Positions 51,414 through 62,670 of a stretch of 64,000 nucleotides of DNA are shown one piece after another (within the stretch, counting starts at the first letter, position 1; each line of letters starts with the position of its first letter). The notes beneath the pieces are model-generated. The model saw only the letters and a program-made list of their open reading frames with translations, did no database searches and was not told the DNA's origin. The position numbers and the translations under genes are program-made. Source of the stretch: Balanoglossus misakiensis (lineage: Eukaryota; Animalia; Hemichordata); contig CM082589.2 of assembly GCA_040954595.2 (NCBI GenBank), positions 4,292,213 through 4,356,212 of the forward strand, in the 5' to 3' direction.

Positions 51414-54400
51414 TTAGAGAGGGTAACCCAGATAGTCTGAGAGGAAGAAGAGTCCGATGATGATAGCCAGGAATCCAAGAAGCATTAAAATGATTGGATA
51501 TTCACCTGATAAGATAAAAATAAAGGAAATAAATGATCAGCACAAAAAACATCAGCTACTTTCTCAACATTCACTATTTCCAATAATATAGGGAACCACA
51601 GCATGACTGGATGATTAAGAGTGCCACCAACAACAAAAGCAGAAACTTACTTTTTCTATTTACTCTGATCATCTTGCACTGTTTGTCCACCGATATACTA
51701 ATCAATGCACAGTCCTGGTTGCCGAGGATTTCTGCATTTCTGGCGGTCAGCGGTGCAAACGACAAGCCAGTTACAAAGATACCATGCACATTATTCACCC
51801 ACTTCAGTTTCTGGCAATCAAAAAAAATGCAAACTGTTAGAAAATTGTTACTGTACATATTAGTTAGTGTTTCATTCTTACCATCATTTCTTCAGATTTA
51901 ATTTTTCAACACACCAGGCACACAGGGCATAAGGCATAAGCTCTGCATGATAGCATGGCAACTTTATGAGATCAATATACATGTATCATCAGTGATTACC
52001 AAACCAGCATACATTAGACGAACTACTGGTATTTACCTGTAAACTGAAAGCAATATAGACGGCCACTGCACCAGACATGGTTCCCAGACCAATGTAATTA
52101 CCATCCGCACTGCAAAACAAATCAAATCATTTGTAAGAGAGCAGTAAATGAAGAATTCATCTTCTACTCCGGACAAGCACTGAATCATAGCATGTGTAGA
52201 GTGTCTGATTTGGTGTCAACTCCAAGACTGAACAGTACACCAACACAGTCCAAACTAAAAGAGGACCTCTCTCTCTCTCTTACCTGACAGCAAGGGCCGA
52301 TAACACATCTGTGCCGGTCGACACCATTTTCTCAACCAAGAACAGTTTAGTGTCCCACTTGGTGATGTAACACTGTGTGTTGCTCTTTCCTCGCACATGA
52401 GGTACGTGGATTGTAAATAGCTTGGACTTCTTGGCATCGTTTTCAACAACGCCAAACCTGCAAGACCTAAACCTGTAGGCTTTCTCGTCGTCTGTCTGAT
52501 TCCAATGAAGTTCATGTTCTTTGCTCCCATCCTTGGTGCTCCACACATAGGCTTTACAGTCCCTGGACACTGATACAACCTGTCAAACCAAATCAATCAT
52601 TCTTTCAATTTATATTAAAGGATTATTTCTATGAATAATTTGCTTATGTCATGCTTTTATATGCAGATTTTGGTGACATACAAAGTCACATATAAATCCA
52701 GGAGAAATCACATGACCCTGAATATGTCAATCATATGCACTCAAATAAGACTAAATAACTGAAAAGATCCGTCCATAAAGACCTCTCTGGAATAAGATAC
52801 ATGTACGAGGACAATGTAAAGCATGGAGAGTTGTTTACCTTGTCACCAAAAGGACTGACATCCACATCGTCAATTTCTTTACTGTGAGCTTCGATCTCAA
52901 ACTGTTTGCTGAGTTCTGGATGCTGTGGTAAACAAATAAACACAAGTCTTCACCCAAGAGATATCAATAAAGAAGTGTGTAAAGTGGATAGTCTATCAGA
53001 GACAGTGTTCTTCTTAGAACAATTATGAACGGGTAACAAAATGTGTTGCGTAAAAACCATGAGTATACATGAAGGATCAGTTTCAGATTTGTAAGTATAA
53101 CGGATAGAAAAATAGATTTTCATTCACTGTACATACCTTCCAAACTCTCAGATATCCATCGGCACCTCCAGTGACAAGGAGAGATTTGTCATGGATGAAA
53201 CGCACAGTTTTCTGGTATTGTTCAGTCTCATTAAAATCAGTCTGTACCGACTTCAGTCTTTCAATGACAAATTTATACGTGTCTTCTGAATCAAAGTCAT
53301 CCACTGTCTTGCCAGCTTCTTTGCCCTTGCGTCTCCTTGTTTCTAAGCGGACAGAAAAGGACAGTTTGTTTTAAATGTCTTTATTCTTCAAATTTTATCT
53401 TTTAAACACAATCAAATCAACCAGACATGCCACAATGCAGCAGCCACACGCGAACACACATATTCTTCACACCTATGTCTGTTTCTCGTCTCTGATTACA
53501 CAAGCGCTTCAGAATATTATATAGACATGCTATATTTCATCTTGAAAGTAGGCACGGCTTGCTCTGTGGGACAAAGGTCAGTGACCTTCAGAGACAACTG
53601 ATTGAATATCTTTACCCAAATAAGACGTCCTCCACATCCAAACCAAGGTCATCAAAATAAAATCAACTCATCATTTTCTCATAAATTACCTGTTTCTTCA
53701 CTTTTTTCGTTGTTTTCCTTCACTTTCCTCACACCATACAGTTGACAAAACTCATCTTTTCCTGTTGCCAGAAGACAGCTGTTCACACCATTGGCAGTGA
53801 TGGCACTGTTCATGATCGCACTCCTGTCTGTCTTTGTATCAGTGTCATATCTGTAGGCACTGATAGCTGACACTAACTTCTTTGTTCCAAATAACTCAAA
53901 CACTTCCTATTTATCAACAAACAACATAATAATTTTAACCACAATTAAATACTGTAATGGAAGAGAAAAAATGTCAGTGGTTCTAATCTCCATGTAATCA
54001 CCAACCCCAGCTTGCTAATCAAAAGCATTAACCAAGCTAAAAATAGACGTGTTAATTTAATTATCGGTATGGGCCTGGTACCAGACTTGTTCAATTTCAA
54101 GTTTGTAATGAAATCGAGTTATTCGTGAACTGAACACTTGTCAATTCCAGTCGCTGTTGCACACGCAAACACAACTAGTTTACTTACTATTTTCATCAAT
54201 AGGATAAAAACCATAAGCGAGACAATGTCAGCTTGTGTGTCAATCGTCAACATATGTGACCAAATCCTTTTCACTCAGGTTGTTGTCAAGAGTGGGCATG
54301 GCACCCTCTGTCGTCTGTTACATCGGTGTGAACAGTCGACAGACGATGCCAACAGACACAATGAAGACACAGTACTCACAATTGCATTTGGGACTCCCGT

Positions 54401-54499
54401 TCTAGCCTGACCTCCGCCACCGGCGACCAGAAAATGGACATCGTCGAGCGTACAAACTGTGTATGGAGGAAAGTCCGTATTGCACAGTGTCGACGCCAT
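51414..54499 (-). CDS. PREB: Prolactin regulatory element-binding protein / SEC12 (WD40 Sar1 GEF, C-terminal TM anchor), 8 exons
   Basis: Exons: 54499-54380 (MASTLCNTDFPPYTV...VAGGGGQARTGVPNAI, with the Sec12 K-loop GGGGxxxxG), 53906-53690, 53342-53137 (QKTVRF...LVTGGADGYLRVWK), 52922-52839 (AHSKEIDDVDVSP), 52579-52284 (YRFRSCRFG), 52109-52037, 51810-51651 (VHGIFVTGLSF...ISVDKQC), 51505-51414 (hydrophobic IILMLLGFLAIIIGLFFL, then TAA). Phases are consistent. Confidence 0.93.
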
Positions 54500-54537
54500 T
54501 TTGTGTTGACTGACCTCTGAACTCTGAATGCCGCGCT

Positions 54538-54547
54538 CTGATTGGTC
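54538..54547 (-). promoter_or_regulatory. CCAAT box ~40 bp upstream of the PREB ATG; YY1-like AAAATGGCG overlaps the start codon
   Basis: CTGATTGGTC on + (GACCAATCAG on -); CGCCATTTTG at the ATG. Confidence 0.45.
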
Positions 54548-55014
54548 AATGCAGAACTAGCGTAAACCCCCTAACACAGTGTCAATTTAAAAACTCAGCG
54601 CCATCAGTGGTAGATATATCAAAGGCCCCTTGTCTTTACTTTTGTCATTTTTCTTGCCTTGCCTTTATGAACGTGAGTCTTAACCGCAAACTGGTGTCCA
54701 TTTATTATGAGTACTCCGTCTAAAGAAGGTAATGACAAGGTTGCTTCTGTGTAAATGGTCAGTGGGTTCGTCCAGCCAACGACAATAACTTTGCAGCTAG
54801 TATTTCATGTAGGCTAATACTGTGCGAAATTTAGCTAAGATCAGTTTGTGTTTTAATGTGGTCATGGGGGATAAAATATTAACACAAAAACACACACAGT
54901 CACATATGAATTAAAATGATTTAATTTTACTCCAAAGAAAAATGGATGGGTGTAGTACAATCAAACAAGCATCCCATAACCCCGGCCAGTGGTCATTCTC
55001 AGTACGTGGTGTTA

Positions 55015-55345
55015 TAATTATTTTTTTTGTTTTGTTTTTATTAATTTTTTATGTATTTTTGTTTTTATATATATGTTTTTGTTTTCATGAGGTTTTGATA
55101 TTTTTTATTTTTGCTTTTTAATTTTTTGTCTTTGAATTAATATTTTTTCTTATTTTTTTGTTTTGATATTTTTTTTTTATTTTCATTAGGTTTTGATATT
55201 TTTTTTATTTTCATTAGGTTTTGATATTTTTTTTTTTGCTTTTTTATTTTTTCTTTGATTTCATTTTTTCTATATTTTTTGTTTTGATATTTTTTTTTTA
55301 TTTTCATTAGGTTTTATGATTTTTTTTTATTTTTGATTTTTTTAA
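55015..55345. repeat. Degenerate T-rich tandem repeat (TTTTCATTAGGTTTTGATATTTTTT-like units) in the presumptive 3' UTR of the left orphan copy
   Basis: Repeated motif visible; A-rich mirror copy at ~62370-62670. Confidence 0.8.
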
Positions 55346-55716
55346 TAAGTGAAAACACCATTTGATATCTCCATGTCACACATTAGTTGTTTGGTATCCG
55401 ATTCCTGTTTTTAACCATCGGCATCGACAAAAATTCCCTTACACGTCAAAAGACATACACTGTCCCTTCACCACCACTCGAGATGTTTGATTCACGTGGG
55501 TTTTACTTTTTTACTTTTTCCACGTTTCAAGTGGGGACCGACAATTTCACGTGTCTCTGTCGCATTGTCGTCATGGGAACTTTTATCCCTCGGTCTTCGA
55601 GTTTTGAATCATATTCGTTTCAAATGCGTGACGCGTACTTTATGAATTGACCACTTGGCATTACCTCTGATGCTTGGGAAATTACCCCCCTCGACACCCA
55701 TCCATATTCTCGGTGT

Positions 55717-58202
55717 CTAATTTGCATGTTTGGTCCTGGACCTCCTGGACCTGCCCCGTTTGGACTTCTTATTGGCCTTCTGCTGATCGGCCTCCCAGTC
55801 GGCTGCGTAGCCCGTGGGCATCGGAGTGTCGCAGTGGCGGTAGGGTTGGTTCACCAAGGCTGCGTTCTCGTCCAGCGTCGGCAGGTGGAGGGTGGTCGGT
55901 GGTCGCAGAGGACGCACTATGATGGCGGGGAGCTCCTTCTCTACCTGCGGGTGGATGTTGATCTCCGGCAAGACGTTGCGGCGCAAGTCGTCGGCTGGTG
56001 GTGCAGGGCGATAGTTGACCTTACGGGTCTGCTTAGGCTTCTCGCCGGTAGGCATGGTGGGCAGCATTGGTGATACGCAGGTGGTGGGAACGATGGGCTT
56101 TGGTCTTCCAGTAGGTGGCCGGGGTTTCTTCGGCCTGGCGCTCTGCAGGCGAGGCATGTTTGATCTTTCCTCGGTAGGTAGGCGAGGCAGCATTGGTGAT
56201 TCGCAGATGGTGGGAACGACCGGCTTTGGTCTTCCAGTAGGTGGCCGGGGTTTCTTCGGCCTGGCGCTCTGCAGACGAGGCATGTTTGATCTCTCCTCGG
56301 TAGGCAGAGGAGGCTGCAGCATTGGTTTGATTGGTGGATGTGGCGCCTTCTTGGACTTGACCATCTCTGCTTGCTCCTCACGGATGGGGGATGGAGCTCC
56401 TGACTGTGGCATAACAGCGCCATGTTTCTCAGCTATGCGCCTTCGGGCGGATCCTACGTTACTCCATTCATCTGTAAAAAATATAATAGTATGCTGAATT
56501 TTGTCCTGTACCTTTACAATCTGGCCAAAATTGTTTAATGTTACAGGAAACTCCTGGAGAAGTGTCCAAACCCAATGTTTTCGATGGTAAGGTTGGACCT
56601 CTAAAGTGGGAACTGGGGATGAAAGGGTTAAAACAATCACGCGTACACTACATGAAGCAAATACTTACCATTACCGTTCACAGACCTCTGTGAGACAGAA
56701 GGGGTTGGTGGTCGCTGACGTCCGGTTAAATCCATCTCCTGCAAGATTTTCTTTCGGCGGGCAACAACCGATGGTAGTGGTTTGTGTTCGCCTCGATAGG
56801 CAGCGCGGGGACGGTTCAGATTGCCAACCAGTCTCCTGGGCGCCGGCGGTGGGGGAGGTAGGCTTCCCACCAGAGTATTGGCCCACACCTTTTCTTCTGG
56901 TGTTTCGTAGAAGTCATCGTCCATCTTGCTTTGAGTGCGTGGATCGTAGAGATCGTCAGGAGTTGGAGTTGGCCCTGTTAATGATGAATCGACTAACGTC
57001 AGGGTTGTCGCAATAACATTTGCTTTGAGGGGAATGCATGTGAAGAAAATGAGCAGTTTTCAAACTATTTCTTCGCTTCCAATCATAAGCGTGTGAGTGT
57101 CCATTTTGTTACGTATGGCTATTAGTTTGATTGATATCTTGCATTTCTTTACTCTGAAATATATTTGTTATTCATCATTGCAACACTTGATAAATTGAAA
57201 ATTACAGCGCTGTATCTATCAACATGTACTTTGATTAAGTAAGACCGAAAATCATCCGTTCATACATACCATGATGAATAATGAGAATGTCTGGCGACTT
57301 CGTATTTTCCGTACGTTCATCATCAGTCTCCGATCCAAGAGGATAATCACCTTTCGCACCTGGTCAGACAAGAAGTAAAGACAATAATTATTTTTGTCAG
57401 TTCAACTTGTCGGCAAATTTTTTTCCAATATTACCTACCCAAAAAATGTTTACGCATATAACTAAAGTTTCCCGAAAATTAAATAAAATTGGTAATGTTA
57501 CATAGGCACAAAATAAATACTTGCTTTTTTGCTGGCAAAAATCTCCGAACACAGTAAACAAATTTCAATACACTGGAGGCATTATGACAACTTTACCTTT
57601 AGCCTTTCTGGCTGTAGCAGCATCCATCAACGCGGGATCATCCAAGTCCATGATCTCCAAGCCGTCAGGAGTACGGACACCAAGCATCTTGGCAGGGTCC
57701 GACTTCTTCATCACCCTTACGGGGGACTGACGGGGGCGGTTGGTCTGACGCTTCGGTTGGTTCAACAAAGCCGGAAAAGCACCGTTCTCTGCCGTCGATG
57801 GCAGGATGTCACCTGATAAAAGCAAAATCGAAAAATCAAAACTTCCTGTAATTAATTTCGCGACTACTGTATTTACCCAAATAAAACTGATGTTAATAAT
57901 CTGGCAGGCAAGCGTGCAAATTACAAAATGAGAACATGGTCACCGAAGTAAAATTGAATACGGAGTAGACAACTTTTGATTACGCGTCTTATTTGCGCTG
58001 TCTTACAATCTTTGCTGTTTCAAGATGTACTCTAAAACAAGACACAGAATTATCGGTGAGAGGACTTACTTCGAATAGTGCGTGGTGATGATTCGAGGGA
58101 AGAGACTGCTGTCACTGACTGAGTATTCTGATTTCTGTCCTCGTCATCTTTGTGGCGTCGCACGTAGCGGCCAGTGATCGGATCACGACGAAAACCCTCC
58201 AT
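55717..58202 (-). CDS. Uncharacterised 499-aa Pro/Arg/Lys-rich protein, left-arm copy (5 coding exons)
   Basis: Exons 58202-58070, 57812-57597, 57359-57270, 56974-56669, 56471-55717 (133+216+90+306+755 = 1500 nt); all GT-AG, phase 1, no internal stop; starts MEGFRRDPITGRYVRRH, ends KRGRSRRSRTKHAN*. Confidence 0.8.
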
Positions 58203-59459
58203 AACTTCATGTGGAGGGGGAGGAGAGAGAGGGAGGGATGAGAGAGAGAGGGGGGAGAAACAGAGACAGAGAGACGGAGAGATGATAATTGTGACAAGGC
58301 CGAAGCTTGTATTTGTGCCGCGCTCACGCAGAACTCCGTGTTTATTTGTTCATTGAAATTGACTGGAAATTTTACAAAAAATGTTTGTAGAACTAAATTG
58401 TTTGTCGATAGTTTGCCTTTTAACTGAAGAAACACTGGTGCTATGCTTTTCATTGCGATAGGAATCTTCAAAAAATTGTGCTAACCATGTTTCCGTAAGA
58501 GCCATAGCAACGCGCAACGCTTTCACTCCGCCTCTGTCCTAGATGCAAATTTTGAAGCAGAAAAAAATCGTCATAATTTTTTTTAAAATCTTTAAAACTT
58601 ACCTAGAACAATAACTGGTTAAGTAATCTTGCTCATGTGAGAATACAACAAAGGAACTATTTGTATTTGAGGAGAGATTTGGGATAAAACCTAAGAGCCC
58701 GGAGACGCAGTGTATTGAATGCACAATAACTGGAACTCGGGTGCCGCAAACTTGGGGCCGACAATCGCATTCGGTTTTCGAACTTCTCGCTGCTTGCGTC
58801 ATGGAACGTTTGTTCATGTTGTGCTTAGGCGAGAAAATGCGTGATCGTCAGCGTGACGAGAATCGAAGAAAATCACGCATTTTCTCGCCTGAGACCAATA
58901 TGAACAAACGTTCTATGACGCAAGCAGCGAGAAGTTCGAAAACCGAATGCGATTGTCGGCCCCAAGTTTGCGGCACCCGAGTTCCAGTTATTGTGCATTC
59001 AATACACTGCGTCTCCGGGCTCTTTGGTTTATCCCAAATCTCTCCTCAAATACAAATAGTTCCTTGGTTGTATACTCAAATGAGCAAGATTACTTAACCA
59101 GTTATTGTTCTAGGTAAGTTTTAAAGATTTTTAAAATATTTATTACGATTTTTTTCTGCTTCAAAATTTGCATCTAGGACAGAGGCGGAGTGAAAGCGCT
59201 GCGCGTTGCTATGGCTCTTACGGAATCACATACTTGGTTAGCACAATTTTTTTTGAAGATTTCTGTCGCAAATAAAAGCATAGCACCAGTGTTTCTTCAG
59301 TTAAAAGGCAAACTATCGACACACCATTTAGTTCTAATAACATTTTTGTAAAATTTCCCATCAATTTCGATGAACAAACACGGAGTTCTGCGTGAACGCG
59401 GCACAAATACAAACTTCGGCTTTGTCACAATTATCATCTCTCTGTCTCTCTCTCTCTCT

Positions 59460-59494
<35 letters not shown>

Positions 59495-59531
59495 ATCCCT
59501 CCCTCTTTCTCCTCCCCCTCCACATGAAGTT

Positions 59532-62024
59532 ATGGAGAGTTTTCGTCGTGATCCGATCACTGGCCGCTACGTGCGACGCCACAAAGATGACGAAGACAGA
59601 AATCAGAATACTCAGTCAGTGACAGCAGTCTCTTCCCTCGAATCATCACCACGTACTATTCGAAGTAAGTCCTCTCACCGATAATTTCTGTGTCTTCTTT
59701 TAGAGTACATCTTGAAACAGCAAAGATTGTAAGACAGCACAAACAAGACGCGTAATCAAAAGTTGTCTACTCTGTATTCAATTTTACTTCGGTGACCATG
59801 TTCTCATTTTGTAATTTGCACGCCTGCTCGCCAGATTATTAACATCAGTTTTATTTACGGTAAATACAATAGTCGCGAAATTAAAAGCAATTTTCCAGGA
59901 AGTTTTGATTTTCGATTTTGCTTTTATCAGGTGACATCCTGCCATCGACGGCAGAGAACGGTGCTTTTCCGGCTTTGTTGAACCAACCGAAGCGTCAGAC
60001 CAACCGCCCCCGTCAGTCCCCCGTACGGGTGATGAAGAAGTCGGACCCTGCCAAGATGCTTGGTGTCCGTACTCCTGACGGCTTGGAGATCATGGACTTG
60101 GATGATCCCGCGTTGATGGATGCTGCTACAGCCAGAAAGGCTAAAGGTAAAGTTGTCATAATGCCTCCAGTGTATTGAAATTTGTTTACTGTGTTCGGAG
60201 ATTTTTGCCAGCAAAAAAGCAGGTATTTATTTTGTGCCTATGTAACATTGCCAATTTTTTTTAATTTTCGCGAAACTTTACTTATATGCGTAAACATTTT
60301 TTGGATAGGTAATATTGGAAAAAAAAATTGCCGACAAGTTGAACTGACAAAAATAATTATTGTGTTTACTTCTTGTCTGATCAGGTGCGAAAGGTGATTA
60401 TCCTCTTGGATTTGAGACTGATGATGAACGTACGGAAACTACGAAGTCACCAGACATTCTCATCATTCATCATGGTATGTATGAACGGATGATTTTCGGT
60501 CTTACTTAATCAAAGTACATGTTGATAGATACAGCGCTGTAATTTTCAATTTATCAAGTGTTGCAATGATGAATAACATAAATAGATTTCAGAGTAAAGA
60601 AATGCAAGATATCAATCAAATTAACAGCCATACATCACAAAATGGACACGCACAAGCTTATGATTGGAAGCGAAGAAATAGTTTCAAAACTGCTCACATG
60701 CGTTCTCCCCAAAGCAAATGTTATTGCGACAACCCTGACGTTAGTCGATTCATCATTAACAGGGTCACCTTCAAGTCCTGACGAGTTCTACGATCCACGC
60801 ACTCAAAGCAAGATGGACGATGACTTCTACGAAACACCAGAAGAAAAGGTGTGGGCCAATACTCTGGTGGGAAGCCTACCTCCCCCACCGCCGGCGCCCA
60901 GGAGACTGGTTGGCAATCTGAACCGTCCCCGCGCTGCCTATCGAGGCGAACACAAACCACTGCCATCGGTTGTTGCCCGCCAAAAGAAAATCTTGCAGGA
61001 GATGGATTTAACCGGACGTCAGCGACCACCAACCCCTTCTGTCTCACAGAGGTCTGTGAACGGTAATGGTAAGTATTTGCTTCATGTGGTGTACGCGTGA
61101 TGATTTTAACCCTTTCATCCCCAGTTCCCTATTTAGAGTCCAACCTTACCATGATAGAAAACATTGGGTTTGGACACTTCTCCAGGAGTTTCTTGTAACA
61201 TTAAAAATGTTGGCCAGATTGTAAAGGTACAGGACAAAAATCAGCATACTATTATATTTTTTATCACAGATGAATGGGGTAACGTAGGATCCGCCCGAAG
61301 GCGCATAGCTGAGAAACATGGCGCTGTAATGCCACAGTCAGGAGCTCCATCCCCCATCCGTGAAGAGCAAGCAGAGATGGTCAAGTCCAAGAAGGCGCCA
61401 CATCCACCAATCAAACCAATGCTGCAGCCTCGTCTGCCTACCGAGGAGAGATCAAACATGCCTCGCCTGCAGAGCGCCAGGCCGAAGAAACCTCGGCCAC
61501 CTACGGGAAGACCAAAGCCGGTCGTTCCCACCATCTGCGAATCACCAATGCTGCCTCGTCTGCCTACCGAGGAGAGATCAAACATGCCTCGCCTGCAGAG
61601 CGCCAGGCCGAAGAAACCCCGGCCACCTACTGGAAGACCAAAGCCCGTCGTTCCCACCACCTGCGTATCACCGATGCTGCCCACCATGCCTACCGGCGAG
61701 AAGCCGAAGCAGACCCGTAAGGTCAACTATCGTCCTGCACCACCAGCCGACGACTTGCGCCGCAACGTCTTGCCGGAGATTAACCTCCACCCGCAGGTAG
61801 AGAGGGAGCTCCCCGCCATCACAGTTCGTCCTCTGCGACCGCCGACCACCCTCCACCTGCCGACGCTGAACGAGAACGCAGCCTTGGTGAACCAACCCTA
61901 CCGCCACTGCGACACTCCGATGCCCACGGGCTACGCAGCCGACTGGGAGGCCGATCAGCAGAAGGCCAATAAGAAGTCCAAACGGGGCAGGTCCAGGAGG
62001 TCCAGGACCAAACATGCAAATTAG
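59532..62024 (+). CDS. Uncharacterised 499-aa Pro/Arg/Lys-rich protein, right-arm copy (5 coding exons)
   Basis: Exons 59532-59664, 59931-60146, 60385-60474, 60763-61068, 61270-62024 (1500 nt); same exon lengths as the left copy; starts MESFRRDPITGRYVRRH; candidate poly(A) signal AATAAA at 62764-62769 (ATTAAA at the mirror position in the left arm). Confidence 0.8.
61417..61700 (+). repeat. 126-bp (42-aa) coding tandem repeat, ~2.2 copies; mirrored at ~56040-56325
   Basis: CTGCCTACCGAGGAGAGATCAAAC at 61434 and 61560; unit PMLPRLPTEERSNMPRLQSARPKKPRPPTGRPKPVVPT(I/T)C(E/V)S. Confidence 0.9.
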
Positions 62025-62369
62025 ACACCGAGAATATGGATGGGTGTCGAGGGGGTAATTTCCAAGCATCAGAGGTAATGCCAAGTGGTCAATTCATTCA
62101 AAAAGTACGCGTCACGCATTTGAAACGAATATCATTCAAAAGTCGAAGTCCGAGGGATAAAACTTCCCATGACGACACGCGATAAAATGTTTGGTTTTGT
62201 TCGACGCCATACTTTGTCAAAAAATCCGTGGAAAAAGTAAAACCCACGTGAATCAAACATCTCGAGTGGTGGTGTAGGGACAGTGTATGTCTTTTGACGT
62301 ATGGATAACATCAATCGGATACCAAATAACTAATGTGTGACATGGGGATATCAAATGGTGTTTTTACTT

Positions 62370-62670
62370 ATTACAAAAATAAAAAAAAATAAAAAAAATC
62401 ATAAAACCTAATGAAAATAAAAAAATATCAAAACAAAAAATATAGAAAAAAATTAATATCAAAGACAAAAATAAAAAAAGCAAAAAAAAAAAATATCAAA
62501 ACCTAATGAAAATAAAAAAATATCAAAACAAAAAATATCAAAAATATGAATACCAAGACAAAAATTAAAAAAAAGTAAAACAAAAATTATCAAAACCTCA
62601 TGAAAATAAAAAAATATAAAAACAAAAAACAACAACATAAAAATGAATAAAAACAAAACAAAAAAATAAT
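62370..62670. repeat. Degenerate A-rich tandem repeat (AAAACCTAATGAAAATAAAAAAATATC-like units)
   Basis: Mirror of 55015-55345 with a different unit number. Confidence 0.8.

Noticed and set aside
54596-54612. CTCF-like motif (CCACTGATGGCGCTG) at both outer ends of the palindrome
   Set aside because: One base short of the CCASYAGRKGGCRS spacing, and its presence at both ends follows trivially from the duplication
58599-59097. ORFs 58599-58817(-) and 58741-59097(+) crossing or flanking the palindrome axis
   Set aside because: Their mutual similarity simply reflects the inverted repeat; no coding-like composition or supporting exon structure
55726-62084. Antisense and alternative-frame ORFs over the orphan genes (e.g. 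56015-56497+, 61241-61726-, 61668-62084-)
   Set aside because: Shadows of the GC-rich Pro/Arg coding exons; the spliced sense frame explains the sequence
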